From a virus (lineage: Duplodnaviria; Caudoviricetes), in the IMG/VR virus record IMGVR_UViG_3300042469_000068, positions 20,508-84,507 of that record: DNA of 64,000 nt. One strand, 5' to 3'. Positions 1-8,526 of this stretch are shown in pieces. The notes beneath the pieces are model-generated. The model saw nothing but the letters and a program-made list of their open reading frames with translations, was not told the DNA's origin and searched no databases. The stretch's first letter is position 1, and every line of letters begins with the position of its first letter. A program made the position numbers and the translations under genes.

Positions 1-602
1 TTGAATACAGCTTGATCAACAATCGGAATAGGTCTGTTGATAGACAACTGGAAGATCAAAAATAGTAAGTCAGCAATGTACGCAGCTTCGCCCGCAATAG
101 TACCAACGTTGAAAATTGGATTCGACTTATATATGCTATGGAAATATGGTCCGAAAGATTCTAATAAATTGTTATTGCTCCAAGGCTCGTCTTCATATTT
201 CATTCCCTCAGAAGCTACAACAATAGTTTCACGACCAGAGAAAATCATCTCATCAAGCCAAGCAGAGGGATTCTGCTGAAACACAACATCGCGCGTGTCC
301 GTCGTGATCACGAAATCATATAAATCTAGATTTTGTCTGATGTAGTTCCAGATATAGAAGAAGCGTTCTACATGAGGCGCACCATTTGTGTGTGCTGTAA
401 AGTTGCCTTCAGCATCCTTATTGCCATACAATTCAAGAATAACACCCTTGCTTGTGAGCTTATCAATTGTCTCTTTAGTGATGTTTGTTGCGACTAGAAC
501 AACATCACCAGCAAAACCAGAAAGCTGAATTGAATTGACCCAGTACTTCAATTGATCCCAGGTGTAGCCAGAAGCGCCACCAATAATTAAGTCTTTACCC
601 AT
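1..602 (-). CDS. glycosyltransferase-like protein (3' end truncated by window edge)
   Basis: Not in the ORF track. Manual translation from ATG at 602 (TAATG overlap with upstream stop): MGKDLIIGGASGYTWDQLKYWVNSIQLSGF...HVERFFYIWNY...VITTDTRDVVFQQNP...NVGTIAG...IVDQAVF. DxxD and DQ motifs of GT-A fold enzymes. Confidence 0.6.
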   Translation of the reverse strand, partial: MGKDLIIGGASGYTWDQLKYWVNSIQLSGFAGDVVLVATNITKETIDKLTSKGVILELYGNKDAEGNFTAHTNGAPHVERFFYIWNYIRQNLDLYDFVITTDTRDVVFQQNPSAWLDEMIFSGRETIVVASEGMKYEDEPWSNNNLLESFGPYFHSIYKSNPIFNVGTIAGEAAYIADLLFLIFQLSINRPIPIVDQAVF

Positions 603-1183
603 TATTCTACTCTCGCGCAAATCACATCATTAGGAATGTGTCCATCAAGAAATTCAATTCTATATTTTGGATTTATCTTTAAAAGATTTTCCATAGCACT
701 TGATAAACTCACATAAGACCATTCGGCCGAACCAAATAATCTCTTATCATCAATAAAGATAGTGTGTTCTTTACAAACACTAGCATTAATGATAGCTAAC
801 TCATCTACCACAGGAGAACCTCCGCTCTTGCCACCAACAAGAGGTCCAGATGCGTGAGCGTCTAACCAGAAAGTAGCACGGTTATCTCCAATCTCATTAA
901 TGATAACAGGAAGAATCTCGGCAGAATCGCCAAGCCAAATCTTCACGGCTGGTTCATCCTTAAACATTTCTACAGCATCATCATAAAGCTTCTTGTTCAA
1001 CTCAATCGAATGTATCTTCTTAAAACCATGCTCAAGAGCAAGTCTTACAGTATCACCGAGATATGTGCCAGTTTCAACAAAAATATCACCTGAAGCATAC
1101 GTTTTTAAGTATTCTAATGTTAAATGAGAAAGACTGTTTGATTCTATCACTTCTTGGCCGGGTAGTACTAATTTGTAATCCAT
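602..1183 (-). CDS. class I SAM-dependent methyltransferase-like protein
   Basis: FVETGTYLGDT motif I, SIEL, GDSA, FWLDAH, IFIDD. Confidence 0.65.
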   Translation of the reverse strand: MDYKLVLPGQEVIESNSLSHLTLEYLKTYASGDIFVETGTYLGDTVRLALEHGFKKIHSIELNKKLYDDAVEMFKDEPAVKIWLGDSAEILPVIINEIGDNRATFWLDAHASGPLVGGKSGGSPVVDELAIINASVCKEHTIFIDDKRLFGSAEWSYVSLSSAMENLLKINPKYRIEFLDGHIPNDVICARVE

Positions 1184-1917
1184 GGTAATGCTCCATTATA
1201 ATGTTCAAGCTGTTGTTCGTTGCCCTTGATGAAGAAATCAGCATCAGGAGAATTTGGATTTGCGTCTGTTCTATAACAGAGAGTGTGTTTATAACTTGTA
1301 TCCCACTTAGGATTCTGAGCTAATACACTGTAAAGATATCTGCGATCACCGCCCCAACCAGAATGCCATAAATGACAAGTCTTCTGTAGGAATTTTGTAT
1401 TGAAGGCAAACGAAGATGTATCAACAAGATACTGCGGATCATTGTGAGAGAAATAGATTGGCCATTTGCCTAGTGCTTCACAGTTATCGTCTGCGATATA
1501 TGTCTTATCGGGGGAGTATATTTTGCGGAATGAGTATGCGAAATCGTTACCACGATCAAGCACCTCTACAAGAGTTCTCACATGATCGGGTTCATACCAA
1601 TTATCTTCATCAAGAAAAAAGACATAATCAGCATTGAGAAAATGAGGAACACCAGCATAGATGCGATGCCCGTAGAATTTGCCACCAGTCCCTCCAGTGT
1701 TCCAAGGTAGAAACATAAATTGAAGATTCCAATGATCCTTATCTTGGTGCACAAGATTTTTATTAAAACGTTCTAGATGTTCAGTTCCATCTAGAACCAA
1801 AAGATGTGTGAGATTTTTATATGTCTGATTCGCAACGCTCTCAACAGCATCAGCAAGTTTTGCTGAACCTACTGTAGGGGTAACAACGACCACAGACTTT
1901 TCAATAATGAGTTTCAT
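1168..1917 (-). CDS. glycosyltransferase family 2
   Basis: VVVVTPT..., AVESVANQTYKN, FFLDEDNWYEPDH (DxD); start moved to MKLIIEK, downstream of the promoter/hairpin. Confidence 0.8.
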   Translation of the reverse strand: MKLIIEKSVVVVTPTVGSAKLADAVESVANQTYKNLTHLLVLDGTEHLERFNKNLVHQDKDHWNLQFMFLPWNTGGTGGKFYGHRIYAGVPHFLNADYVFFLDEDNWYEPDHVRTLVEVLDRGNDFAYSFRKIYSPDKTYIADDNCEALGKWPIYFSHNDPQYLVDTSSFAFNTKFLQKTCHLWHSGWGGDRRYLYSVLAQNPKWDTSYKHTLCYRTDANPNSPDADFFIKGNEQQLEHYNGALPWITN

Positions 1918-1930
1918 AATATACCTATAA

Positions 1931-1976
1931 AGAAAGGAGAAGATGATAGTATATATCATCCTCTCCAGATTGTCAA
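1931..1976 (-). promoter_or_regulatory. sigma70-type promoter (TTGACA-N17-TATACT) superimposed on an intrinsic-terminator-like hairpin after pstS
   Basis: -35 at 1976-1971, -10 at 1953-1948; stem GGAGAGGATGATA/TATCATCTTCTCC followed by TTTCTTT. Confidence 0.7.
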
Positions 1977-1979
1977 GTA

Positions 1980-2951
1980 TTACTTAAGCGGGATAAGACC
2001 CTTCTCAGCCAAATATCCTTCTTCGCCAATAGCTTCGTCGCTCTGATATTCATCCATAAACTTCTTCAAGTCTGGATTTGATTCAAAGTGTGATCCCTTG
2101 AAATAAACATAGAGCTTACGAGCGATTGGATAATTACCAGCAGCGATAGCATCATATTCTGGTGCAACATCATTGATTGTTGCGCCCTGAATAGTGTTTA
2201 GGTTCTCTTCAAGGAATGAATAACCAAAGATACCGAGAGCAGCAGGATTCGATTGAAGCTTCTGAACGATTAGATTATCATTCTCACCCGCTTCGATGTA
2301 TGCGCCATCTTCACGAACTGATTGACAGAATGCCTTTGTATCTTCTTCTGAAACGATCAAGTTGTTATTCTTAATGTCAGCCTTGCATTCCTTCTCAAAT
2401 ACCAACTCTACAAATGAGTCGCGCGTACCTGAAGTTGGCGGCGGGCCAAGAACTTCAATCTTGTCAGAAGGAAGATCAGAACGAACCTCATTCCAAGTCT
2501 TTACTGGATTTTCGACAAACTTACCATCAACAACCACATACTTCGCAAGAGCGCGATAGATATCGTTTGTTGATAGGTTGATGCCAGGATGATCCTTAGA
2601 CATTGCGACTACAATGGCATCAATACCGATTGCCATTTCGGTGATGTTTTCTACACCATTCTCAGCACAAATCTTCTTCTCTTCATCCTTCATCTTACGA
2701 GAAGCATTCACAGCATCAGGAGTATCCGGACCGTTACCAGCACAGAACATCTTGATACCACCACCAGTGCCAGTTGCTTCAACGATTGGTGCTGAAACAC
2801 CATTCTTCTTAGCGAACTGTTCTGCGACAGTGGTTGTGAAGGGATAAACTGTAGATGATCCTACAATACGGATAACATCACTGGTAGCATAAACTGAACT
2901 GGTACCAAAAGCAAACAGAACAGCAGCAAGAGTAAGCATAGTCTTATTCAT
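1980..2951 (-). CDS. pstS: phosphate ABC transporter substrate-binding protein PstS (auxiliary metabolic gene)
   Basis: Signal peptide, IRIVGSSTVYPF, TGTGGG, NASR, GPPPTSGTRDSF, YPIARKLYVY; SD GGAGA upstream of MNKTML. Confidence 0.92.
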   Translation of the reverse strand: MNKTMLTLAAVLFAFGTSSVYATSDVIRIVGSSTVYPFTTTVAEQFAKKNGVSAPIVEATGTGGGIKMFCAGNGPDTPDAVNASRKMKDEEKKICAENGVENITEMAIGIDAIVVAMSKDHPGINLSTNDIYRALAKYVVVDGKFVENPVKTWNEVRSDLPSDKIEVLGPPPTSGTRDSFVELVFEKECKADIKNNNLIVSEEDTKAFCQSVREDGAYIEAGENDNLIVQKLQSNPAALGIFGYSFLEENLNTIQGATINDVAPEYDAIAAGNYPIARKLYVYFKGSHFESNPDLKKFMDEYQSDEAIGEEGYLAEKGLIPLK

Positions 2952-2965
2952 ACATTTCTCCATAA

Positions 2966-2996
2966 TAAAAACTGAGGAGCGTTATTGCTCCTCAGT
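2966..2996 (-). terminator. rho-independent terminator immediately upstream of the pstS RBS
   Basis: Perfect 10-bp stem ACTGAGGAGC-AATAAC-GCTCCTCAGT followed by a T-run on the minus strand. Confidence 0.75.
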
Positions 2997-3004
2997 ATGT
3001 AGTG

Positions 3005-3052
3005 TCATTGGCCAGATAGCCAATCAGCTTCTTCATTAGTATAAGGAGCCAT
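3005..3052 (-). CDS. 15-aa micro-ORF MAPYTNEEADWLSGQ (possible leader peptide)
   Basis: ATG overlaps the upstream stop (TAATG), GGAGA lies upstream, and the stop is 8 nt before the terminator stem. Confidence 0.45.
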   Translation of the reverse strand: MAPYTNEEADWLSGQ

Positions 3053-3201
3053 TACCAATGTCTCCTATCGTTATAGGACTTGCGGTCCCATTCACGCTGA
3101 AGCCATTCTAAGTGAGCTTGATCGGTAGCTTGACAAAGATAATCATACATACGATCATGCTCACTCTTGCGAGTGAATAGTTTCTTCAGTGTTCTTATCA
3201 T
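3052..3201 (-). CDS. 49-aa small protein, DUF3563-like
   Basis: MIRTLKKLFTRKSEHDRMYDYLCQATDQAHLEWLQREWDRKSYNDRRHW; TAATG-coupled to the hsp20 stop; YL.QA.D...LE...R..D pattern. Confidence 0.6.
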   Translation of the reverse strand: MIRTLKKLFTRKSEHDRMYDYLCQATDQAHLEWLQREWDRKSYNDRRHW

Positions 3202-3734
3202 TACTTCTCCGATCTATCTTGTAGATACTCTTTGGTGGCAGTATTGCCATCCTCGTTGAGAAGTTCTTTCTTGGATTCAGTCTTTTCGCCGATGTTGATT
3301 TTCTTTGGCTTCTTATCTTCAGGAATGAAGCGTTCAAGCCAAATCTTTAGCATACCGTTAATCAAATCAGCATTCTTAATTTCAATTGTATCGGCCAGAG
3401 CGAACTGGCGAGTGAAAGCACGTTCTGCAATTCCCTTGAAGATATAATTGTCGTCGGTGTCATTTGTATGAATATTGCCCTTGACGGTAAGCTTACCATC
3501 TTCTAGCTCAAGTTCCAGATCCTGCTTGCCAAAACCAGCAACAGCGATTTCAATAACGTAGGTGTTTTCACCAGTCTGTCTGATATTGTAAGGCGGATAA
3601 GTAGGAATCTTAGGAAGGGTTTCTGACATTTCCGAAAGTCTCTTCAAGATTGGTTCAAATCCAATTGTGGTATTGAACTGCTTCGGAAGAGAAAAAGACA
3701 TAGGATCGAAAAAGGGGATTTTATTGATAGTCAT
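3201..3734 (-). CDS. hsp20: small heat shock protein (Hsp20/IbpA family)
   Basis: YPPYNI, IEIAVAGF, GIAERAFTRQFAL, NGMLKIWL. Confidence 0.95.
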   Translation of the reverse strand: MTINKIPFFDPMSFSLPKQFNTTIGFEPILKRLSEMSETLPKIPTYPPYNIRQTGENTYVIEIAVAGFGKQDLELELEDGKLTVKGNIHTNDTDDNYIFKGIAERAFTRQFALADTIEIKNADLINGMLKIWLERFIPEDKKPKKINIGEKTESKKELLNEDGNTATKEYLQDRSEK

Positions 3735-3738
3735 GTGT

Positions 3739-3790
3739 TAACTCCTGTTTAGCAAGTTAGTTGTTTAAGTCTTCCCATTCAGGCGAAGAC
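3739..3790 (-). ncRNA. ROSE-like RNA thermometer in the hsp20 5' UTR
   Basis: 5' hairpin GUCUUC/GAAGAC, then UAACUUGCU-AAAC-AGGAGUUA: U(U/C)GCU pairs with the SD (AGGAG) leaving a bulged G, the ROSE signature. Confidence 0.75.
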
Positions 3791-3795
3791 ATACA

Positions 3796-3826
3796 TATTT
3801 ATATCACATCCTATGTCTCAAGTCAA
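3796..3826 (-). promoter_or_regulatory. composite promoter for hsp20: TTGACT-N17-TATAAA overlapping the T4 late motif TATAAATA
   Basis: Minus strand TTGACTtgagacataggatgtgaTATAAATA. Confidence 0.65.
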
Positions 3827-3839
3827 GTGTTTAAAAAAA

Positions 3840-5312
3840 TTATTCTGCGTCAAAGAAGAACATATGCCACAGTCTAGCATCATCCATAGTTATGCCAAAA
3901 TATTCGCTGGCAGCATGGATGCATCCGCCGTCAAAGATGACCAATCTATTGAATATGTTTCCGAACTTATCAACTCTTTCAAATGGAGTTCCATCAAGGT
4001 GGTTGCTACCATAGAAAACTTCATTGATGCGTGGACTAGAGTTATGATGAACTCTACTCTTTTTATGCATGAAAGTAGATGTTCCACACGATGGCGGAGC
4101 ATCTGGTGTTAGAAAGATCATAGCAGCATATTTTTGGAAGTCACAGTGATATACTACTGGTTCTCCTGCGGTATTGAGTTGGAATCTACCATTCATACCA
4201 TAGTCTTCCCACTTGGTAATTTTCATATTTAAAATAGATTCGAATGATCTCTTGACTTCAGGAAAAAGAAACTGCTTAACTGTTCTTTTTCCTATAAACC
4301 CACGACCAAAACCACCTTCGACATATTCTTGCTGCTGCGCGAAAGCCCGAATAGCAAGAGGATCTGAATAGAAGTTGTCTACTATAAAGGCTCTCTTGTT
4401 CATGCCTTTGTTCACATTGAACATTAATTCTTGTTCAGTGGGCTTAGGCTTTTCAGGTTCTGGAAGAGGATGATGAGCCTTATTCTCATACACTGGTCTA
4501 TGAACTATGTTCTTAAGGGGATTCTCGTTCTCTTTTATATCAACAAAGTTATACAACTTGGCCTCTGGATTTGAATTGATCCAGAATTCATCTCTATATC
4601 TGTTAGATCCTATTATCGATCTAACATCTCCTAAATTATCTAGAAAACTGTTCCACCAATTTAGATTTGAAGGATCACCGAGAGTTCTCAGATAGCTTGA
4701 TTTTGCCCACCAAGTATTACCAGCAAAATGTGGTATAAGATATGTTTGGTAATTGAAACTGGCTACATCATATGTATCAAGAGCTTTATGTAATGTTTTC
4801 CAATTTTCAATTGCTCCCCAATTTAAAAATTGTCTAGAAAGATATGTTGACTTTTGATATTGATTATCATATGCCCACTTAACATTGTTGTTATCTCTTG
4901 CCTCATACAGTCCTCTCAAACTGAAAGTTATACCACGCGCATGAAAATACAAAATCTTCATGTCTTCTTTTTGAGCCATATTATAGATTTTACTATGGGT
5001 ATAGGATTCAGTATTTTTATTTCCGCCATGATTGCCTTGATTTTTTGTAAAATCAGGATAGTGGTTCAACATATCTTGATCTGAAACAAAAGGATCTGGT
5101 ACTTCCTCGATTACCGCTTTCTTAAAATAAGAATTAGCTAGAACACTAAACCACTTTGTTTTCCAATAACTGTTGCTGACACATGTGATATACATTTCAT
5201 CTGTAGCATCAAATAGACCCGAATCTACAGCACAGGAAAACTGTTCATTAACAATTGATGACCAATGACCCAGATCGTCCAAATAGATATGATAAAATAG
5301 TACTGTCTTCAT
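3840..5312 (-). CDS. fusion: glycosyltransferase-like N-domain + 2OG-Fe(II) oxygenase-like (DUF6445-like) C-domain
   Basis: N: ILYFHARG, HFAGNTWWAKSSY, RYRDEFWI; C: IVDNFYSDP, VYHCD, FLTPDAP, NIFNRLVIFDG..IHAA, RLWHMFFFD. Confidence 0.6.
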   Translation of the reverse strand: MKTVLFYHIYLDDLGHWSSIVNEQFSCAVDSGLFDATDEMYITCVSNSYWKTKWFSVLANSYFKKAVIEEVPDPFVSDQDMLNHYPDFTKNQGNHGGNKNTESYTHSKIYNMAQKEDMKILYFHARGITFSLRGLYEARDNNNVKWAYDNQYQKSTYLSRQFLNWGAIENWKTLHKALDTYDVASFNYQTYLIPHFAGNTWWAKSSYLRTLGDPSNLNWWNSFLDNLGDVRSIIGSNRYRDEFWINSNPEAKLYNFVDIKENENPLKNIVHRPVYENKAHHPLPEPEKPKPTEQELMFNVNKGMNKRAFIVDNFYSDPLAIRAFAQQQEYVEGGFGRGFIGKRTVKQFLFPEVKRSFESILNMKITKWEDYGMNGRFQLNTAGEPVVYHCDFQKYAAMIFLTPDAPPSCGTSTFMHKKSRVHHNSSPRINEVFYGSNHLDGTPFERVDKFGNIFNRLVIFDGGCIHAASEYFGITMDDARLWHMFFFDAE

Positions 5313-5314
5313 AA

Positions 5315-7477
5315 TTAAATTTCCACATCTGTTCTGTAACAAAGTTTCTTAAAGATTGCCGTAGAGCCTACCGAATGAATAGGCACGAATCCTATCTTTT
5401 CTAAGAACTTAGGTACATTTTCAACTTGACCCCAATCAACATCATCGACAATACAGTATCCATTCAGTTCAACATTCACAGCATACTTTTTCGCATCGCG
5501 TAGAGCTTGATCGGTATGCTGACCATCGATATGTAGCAAGTTAATATTCTTTAGTTCAGGAGCATTATCACTTGTTTCTTTGAGTGTTACAACATATTCG
5601 TCTAATTCAAATTCCTTAATTACCGTCTTAAACAATTGAAATTTTTCTTGTAGATTGATTTGACTCCAATATTCATAGTGCGGACCCTCATATCCTTTGG
5701 TCGCTTCTTCATTTGTCCAAGGATCAATGGCATAGATTTGACCTTTGTAATTTCTCTTTAATTCCAAAGCAACAGGCAAAATACTCTTACCCGCATAAAC
5801 TCCAATTTCAACGCAGATAGGATTGTCAACATCTCTACAAATTTCATCTACATAGTCGATTAAACATCCGGCCTTGTCGAGTGAAATCCATCCCCATTCG
5901 CCATACTTCGCATCATATTCTGGATATATTCTTTCAATCTTATGTTTCGTTTGATTTTTTGATGTCGGCTCATAAGTTGGAAATAAAAACTCTTTAACTG
6001 TAGGTAATTCAAAAATTATAGAAGGCAAATCTTCAATAGGATACTTTTTGAGGATTCTATTTTTTTCAGCACTGACTCCCATCGATCCTTCTTCGATAAG
6101 AACATTGTCGATGTAATCCATTTTCTTTACGGAAGCAACTTTACCGTTTACCGATGATGTGGTAAAAGTATCATCATAGTGAACAAAGGTCTTATACTTG
6201 TGCTTGACAACATCTCTGCCGCCCATAGAACTAAAATGCCATCCCAAGTCCTGTATCATTTGATCGTTTTGTGTTACATAGTTTATAGGGAAAGGATTAT
6301 TTACATTGGTTCTCATTTGTGCTGGAGTGGCTCTTCTCAAATGCTGTCTTGTTGTGATAACAGCGCCAGTCCATTCAGCGGGTGTATTCGAATCTCTATT
6401 GTAAACACGATAGTCAGCTCTACCTTCAAGCAATACCATTGGAATTCTTATGATACAATTTTGATTTTGCTTAACAATAGAAGACATGAATTCTATTGCT
6501 TGTGGCTTAATAATCTCATCAGCATCACTAATGATAAAGACCGTATCGTCGTTATAACTGTCCAGTACAGAAACAAGAGAATCAATGCCCATACGCTCTC
6601 TAACCTTTGCTTTTAGAGTATTGATGTTATCGATGTTGTAGGAAGCATTAACTCTATCGATATCTTCTATAACAAGATTTTCTGTTTCTGGAATATCCAC
6701 CTTAATAATTCTAATATTGAGATGATCACATCCTATTTCTCTTAGAACGTTTTCAAGTTGATATTCCATAGGCGCGCCACTATGACTCTTATTACATTCG
6801 GAAATAACAAACTCATCAACATGGTCTTTTAGTATATTAAGTCTCAGTCGAAGAATTTCTTTCATCGTTGGTGCATAGAATGTGAAACAATCTACAGTTT
6901 TGATTTGTTCTGGGCCAAGTTTAGATTCAATAGTGCTCATATAATTATCAACCTCTTCTCTATGAGAATTATCCATGTCATTCCAATATAATCTTTTCAA
7001 TCTTTTGAATAGTCTTCTAGACCTTTCATTTTTACCATACCACCATGATGCGATTGCTTCGTGATAATATAATCCCCATCTACCAGGATAGTCTGATCCT
7101 ATATCTGAATATGAGTTTTCTTTACAGTTGCGTTGTGCCATACTACACATTAGAAAAGAGTCAGCATAGTTCTGTTCGGAATTATAATTTCTTGCTAGAA
7201 GATAATATGCCTCTGGTCTATCAGGGCAAAGATCGATAGCATTTCGATACATAGACTTAACAGTATAGTTTCTGTTTTTCTGTTTTTCAAAACATCTACC
7301 AACTCTCAACAAACATTCATATGATAGAAGATTGTCTTTTGATCTTTCAGCCGCGCGTAGTAGATACGATACAGCAGCCGCAGTCTGTCCAATCTTTTCA
7401 TATTCGAGACCCATCTTGTAGTTAAGAATTGGGTTTTCGGTATCCATAATATATTCAATAAGCAAAGACTCAAGCAT
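5315..7477 (-). CDS. TPR + GT17-like glycosyltransferase + Methyltransf_24-type fusion
   Basis: TPR helices (PDRPEAYYLLA); DCFTFY..LRLNIL.DHVDEFVISE, ISDADEI, GWHFS (GT17-like); VEIGVYAGKS, IDPW, LHIDGQH, IVDD (SAM methyltransferase). Confidence 0.7.
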   Translation of the reverse strand: MLESLLIEYIMDTENPILNYKMGLEYEKIGQTAAAVSYLLRAAERSKDNLLSYECLLRVGRCFEKQKNRNYTVKSMYRNAIDLCPDRPEAYYLLARNYNSEQNYADSFLMCSMAQRNCKENSYSDIGSDYPGRWGLYYHEAIASWWYGKNERSRRLFKRLKRLYWNDMDNSHREEVDNYMSTIESKLGPEQIKTVDCFTFYAPTMKEILRLRLNILKDHVDEFVISECNKSHSGAPMEYQLENVLREIGCDHLNIRIIKVDIPETENLVIEDIDRVNASYNIDNINTLKAKVRERMGIDSLVSVLDSYNDDTVFIISDADEIIKPQAIEFMSSIVKQNQNCIIRIPMVLLEGRADYRVYNRDSNTPAEWTGAVITTRQHLRRATPAQMRTNVNNPFPINYVTQNDQMIQDLGWHFSSMGGRDVVKHKYKTFVHYDDTFTTSSVNGKVASVKKMDYIDNVLIEEGSMGVSAEKNRILKKYPIEDLPSIIFELPTVKEFLFPTYEPTSKNQTKHKIERIYPEYDAKYGEWGWISLDKAGCLIDYVDEICRDVDNPICVEIGVYAGKSILPVALELKRNYKGQIYAIDPWTNEEATKGYEGPHYEYWSQINLQEKFQLFKTVIKEFELDEYVVTLKETSDNAPELKNINLLHIDGQHTDQALRDAKKYAVNVELNGYCIVDDVDWGQVENVPKFLEKIGFVPIHSVGSTAIFKKLCYRTDVEI

Positions 7478-8444
7478 AAATAAATTCCTTAATCACATTC
7501 ACATCCGTCTTTAATACATATGCGACATTATCTTGAAAGCCAAATGTTATGAAGATATCATTATCTCTTTTAGCAAGCCCGCAGGCAAATTCTATCTTTG
7601 CTTCCATGAACGAGAACTCTTTCGATCTATGTATTGGTTCCCAGTCCTTACTCCAGTAGATGAATCGATGACGATATGTTCCATCTTTTCTTCCTTGGGC
7701 ACTAACATATAGATTTGTTTCATGGATGAGTGCTAGATATCCGTCTTCAAATGGAATAACTTGACCGCCGCCGCGTTGATCTCTATCAAAGAATATTTTG
7801 TTTCCTAAGAAACTTGTCACGCAACTCCTATCTTCAGGATCTGCTTTAACGATTTCTACTGGATTACACCACTTCAAATAATGATACGGCATATCTGTTA
7901 TAGGCATCCAGTTCTTTTCACAGTAAGAACCATCACCATTTGGTGCAGGAATACGGAATCGAGAAATCTCTTTGACACCACTCTCAGAAATTTCTATCTC
8001 TGAAAGTTCCATACGACCTTCACCATTAGTTTTCACATCTCTTCTAACACCAGAAATATATAGCTTATCATTCCATCTAACTATTCTAGCATCTTCTAAT
8101 CCAACAAATTCCCATACAGGTTTAATATCAAATGCGCTTGTATCAACTTTGTGACAGTATTTAAAAGATAAGTCTTCGTTCAACTCACCGAGATAGTTTG
8201 TTGTTGTAAGACTTACATCATTTTCAGGATTGAGATAGACTAGAGGACCCCAAGTATGTTCAAAACGATTTAGCTCGGAATGATATAGAGTATATTGGCA
8301 GTGTCGAACATTAACTAAAATCTTATCGCCATCAACATATACGCTTGGATTAAACAGACCTGTTCCATTTGTAAGTGAGGAATCTAACAGAAGCGGTTTG
8401 ACAATACCGCCATTATTCAAAACATACTTCGCAAAGTGGATCAT
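7470..8444 (-). CDS. five-bladed beta-propeller glycoside hydrolase/phosphorylase-like protein (GH130/GH43 clan)
   Basis: FNPSV, GLEDARIV, EKNWMP, RGGGQ, IEFACGL, FGFQD motifs. Confidence 0.6.
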   Translation of the reverse strand: MIHFAKYVLNNGGIVKPLLLDSSLTNGTGLFNPSVYVDGDKILVNVRHCQYTLYHSELNRFEHTWGPLVYLNPENDVSLTTTNYLGELNEDLSFKYCHKVDTSAFDIKPVWEFVGLEDARIVRWNDKLYISGVRRDVKTNGEGRMELSEIEISESGVKEISRFRIPAPNGDGSYCEKNWMPITDMPYHYLKWCNPVEIVKADPEDRSCVTSFLGNKIFFDRDQRGGGQVIPFEDGYLALIHETNLYVSAQGRKDGTYRHRFIYWSKDWEPIHRSKEFSFMEAKIEFACGLAKRDNDIFITFGFQDNVAYVLKTDVNVIKEFIYA

Positions 8445-8473
8445 AATATACCTTCATTATAAAAATTCACACT

Positions 8474-8502
8474 ATTATATAGCAAACACTTTATAGATGC
8501 AA
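8474..8502 (-). promoter_or_regulatory. sigma70-type promoter for the glycan enzyme cluster
   Basis: TTGCAT-N17-TATAAT. Confidence 0.6.
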
Positions 8503-8526
8503 GCTAATTATGATAGATATGACTTA

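Noticed and set aside
2951-3060. Pho box upstream of pstS
   Set aside because: Only a single GTGTCAT half-site in the wrong orientation; no 11-bp tandem repeat.
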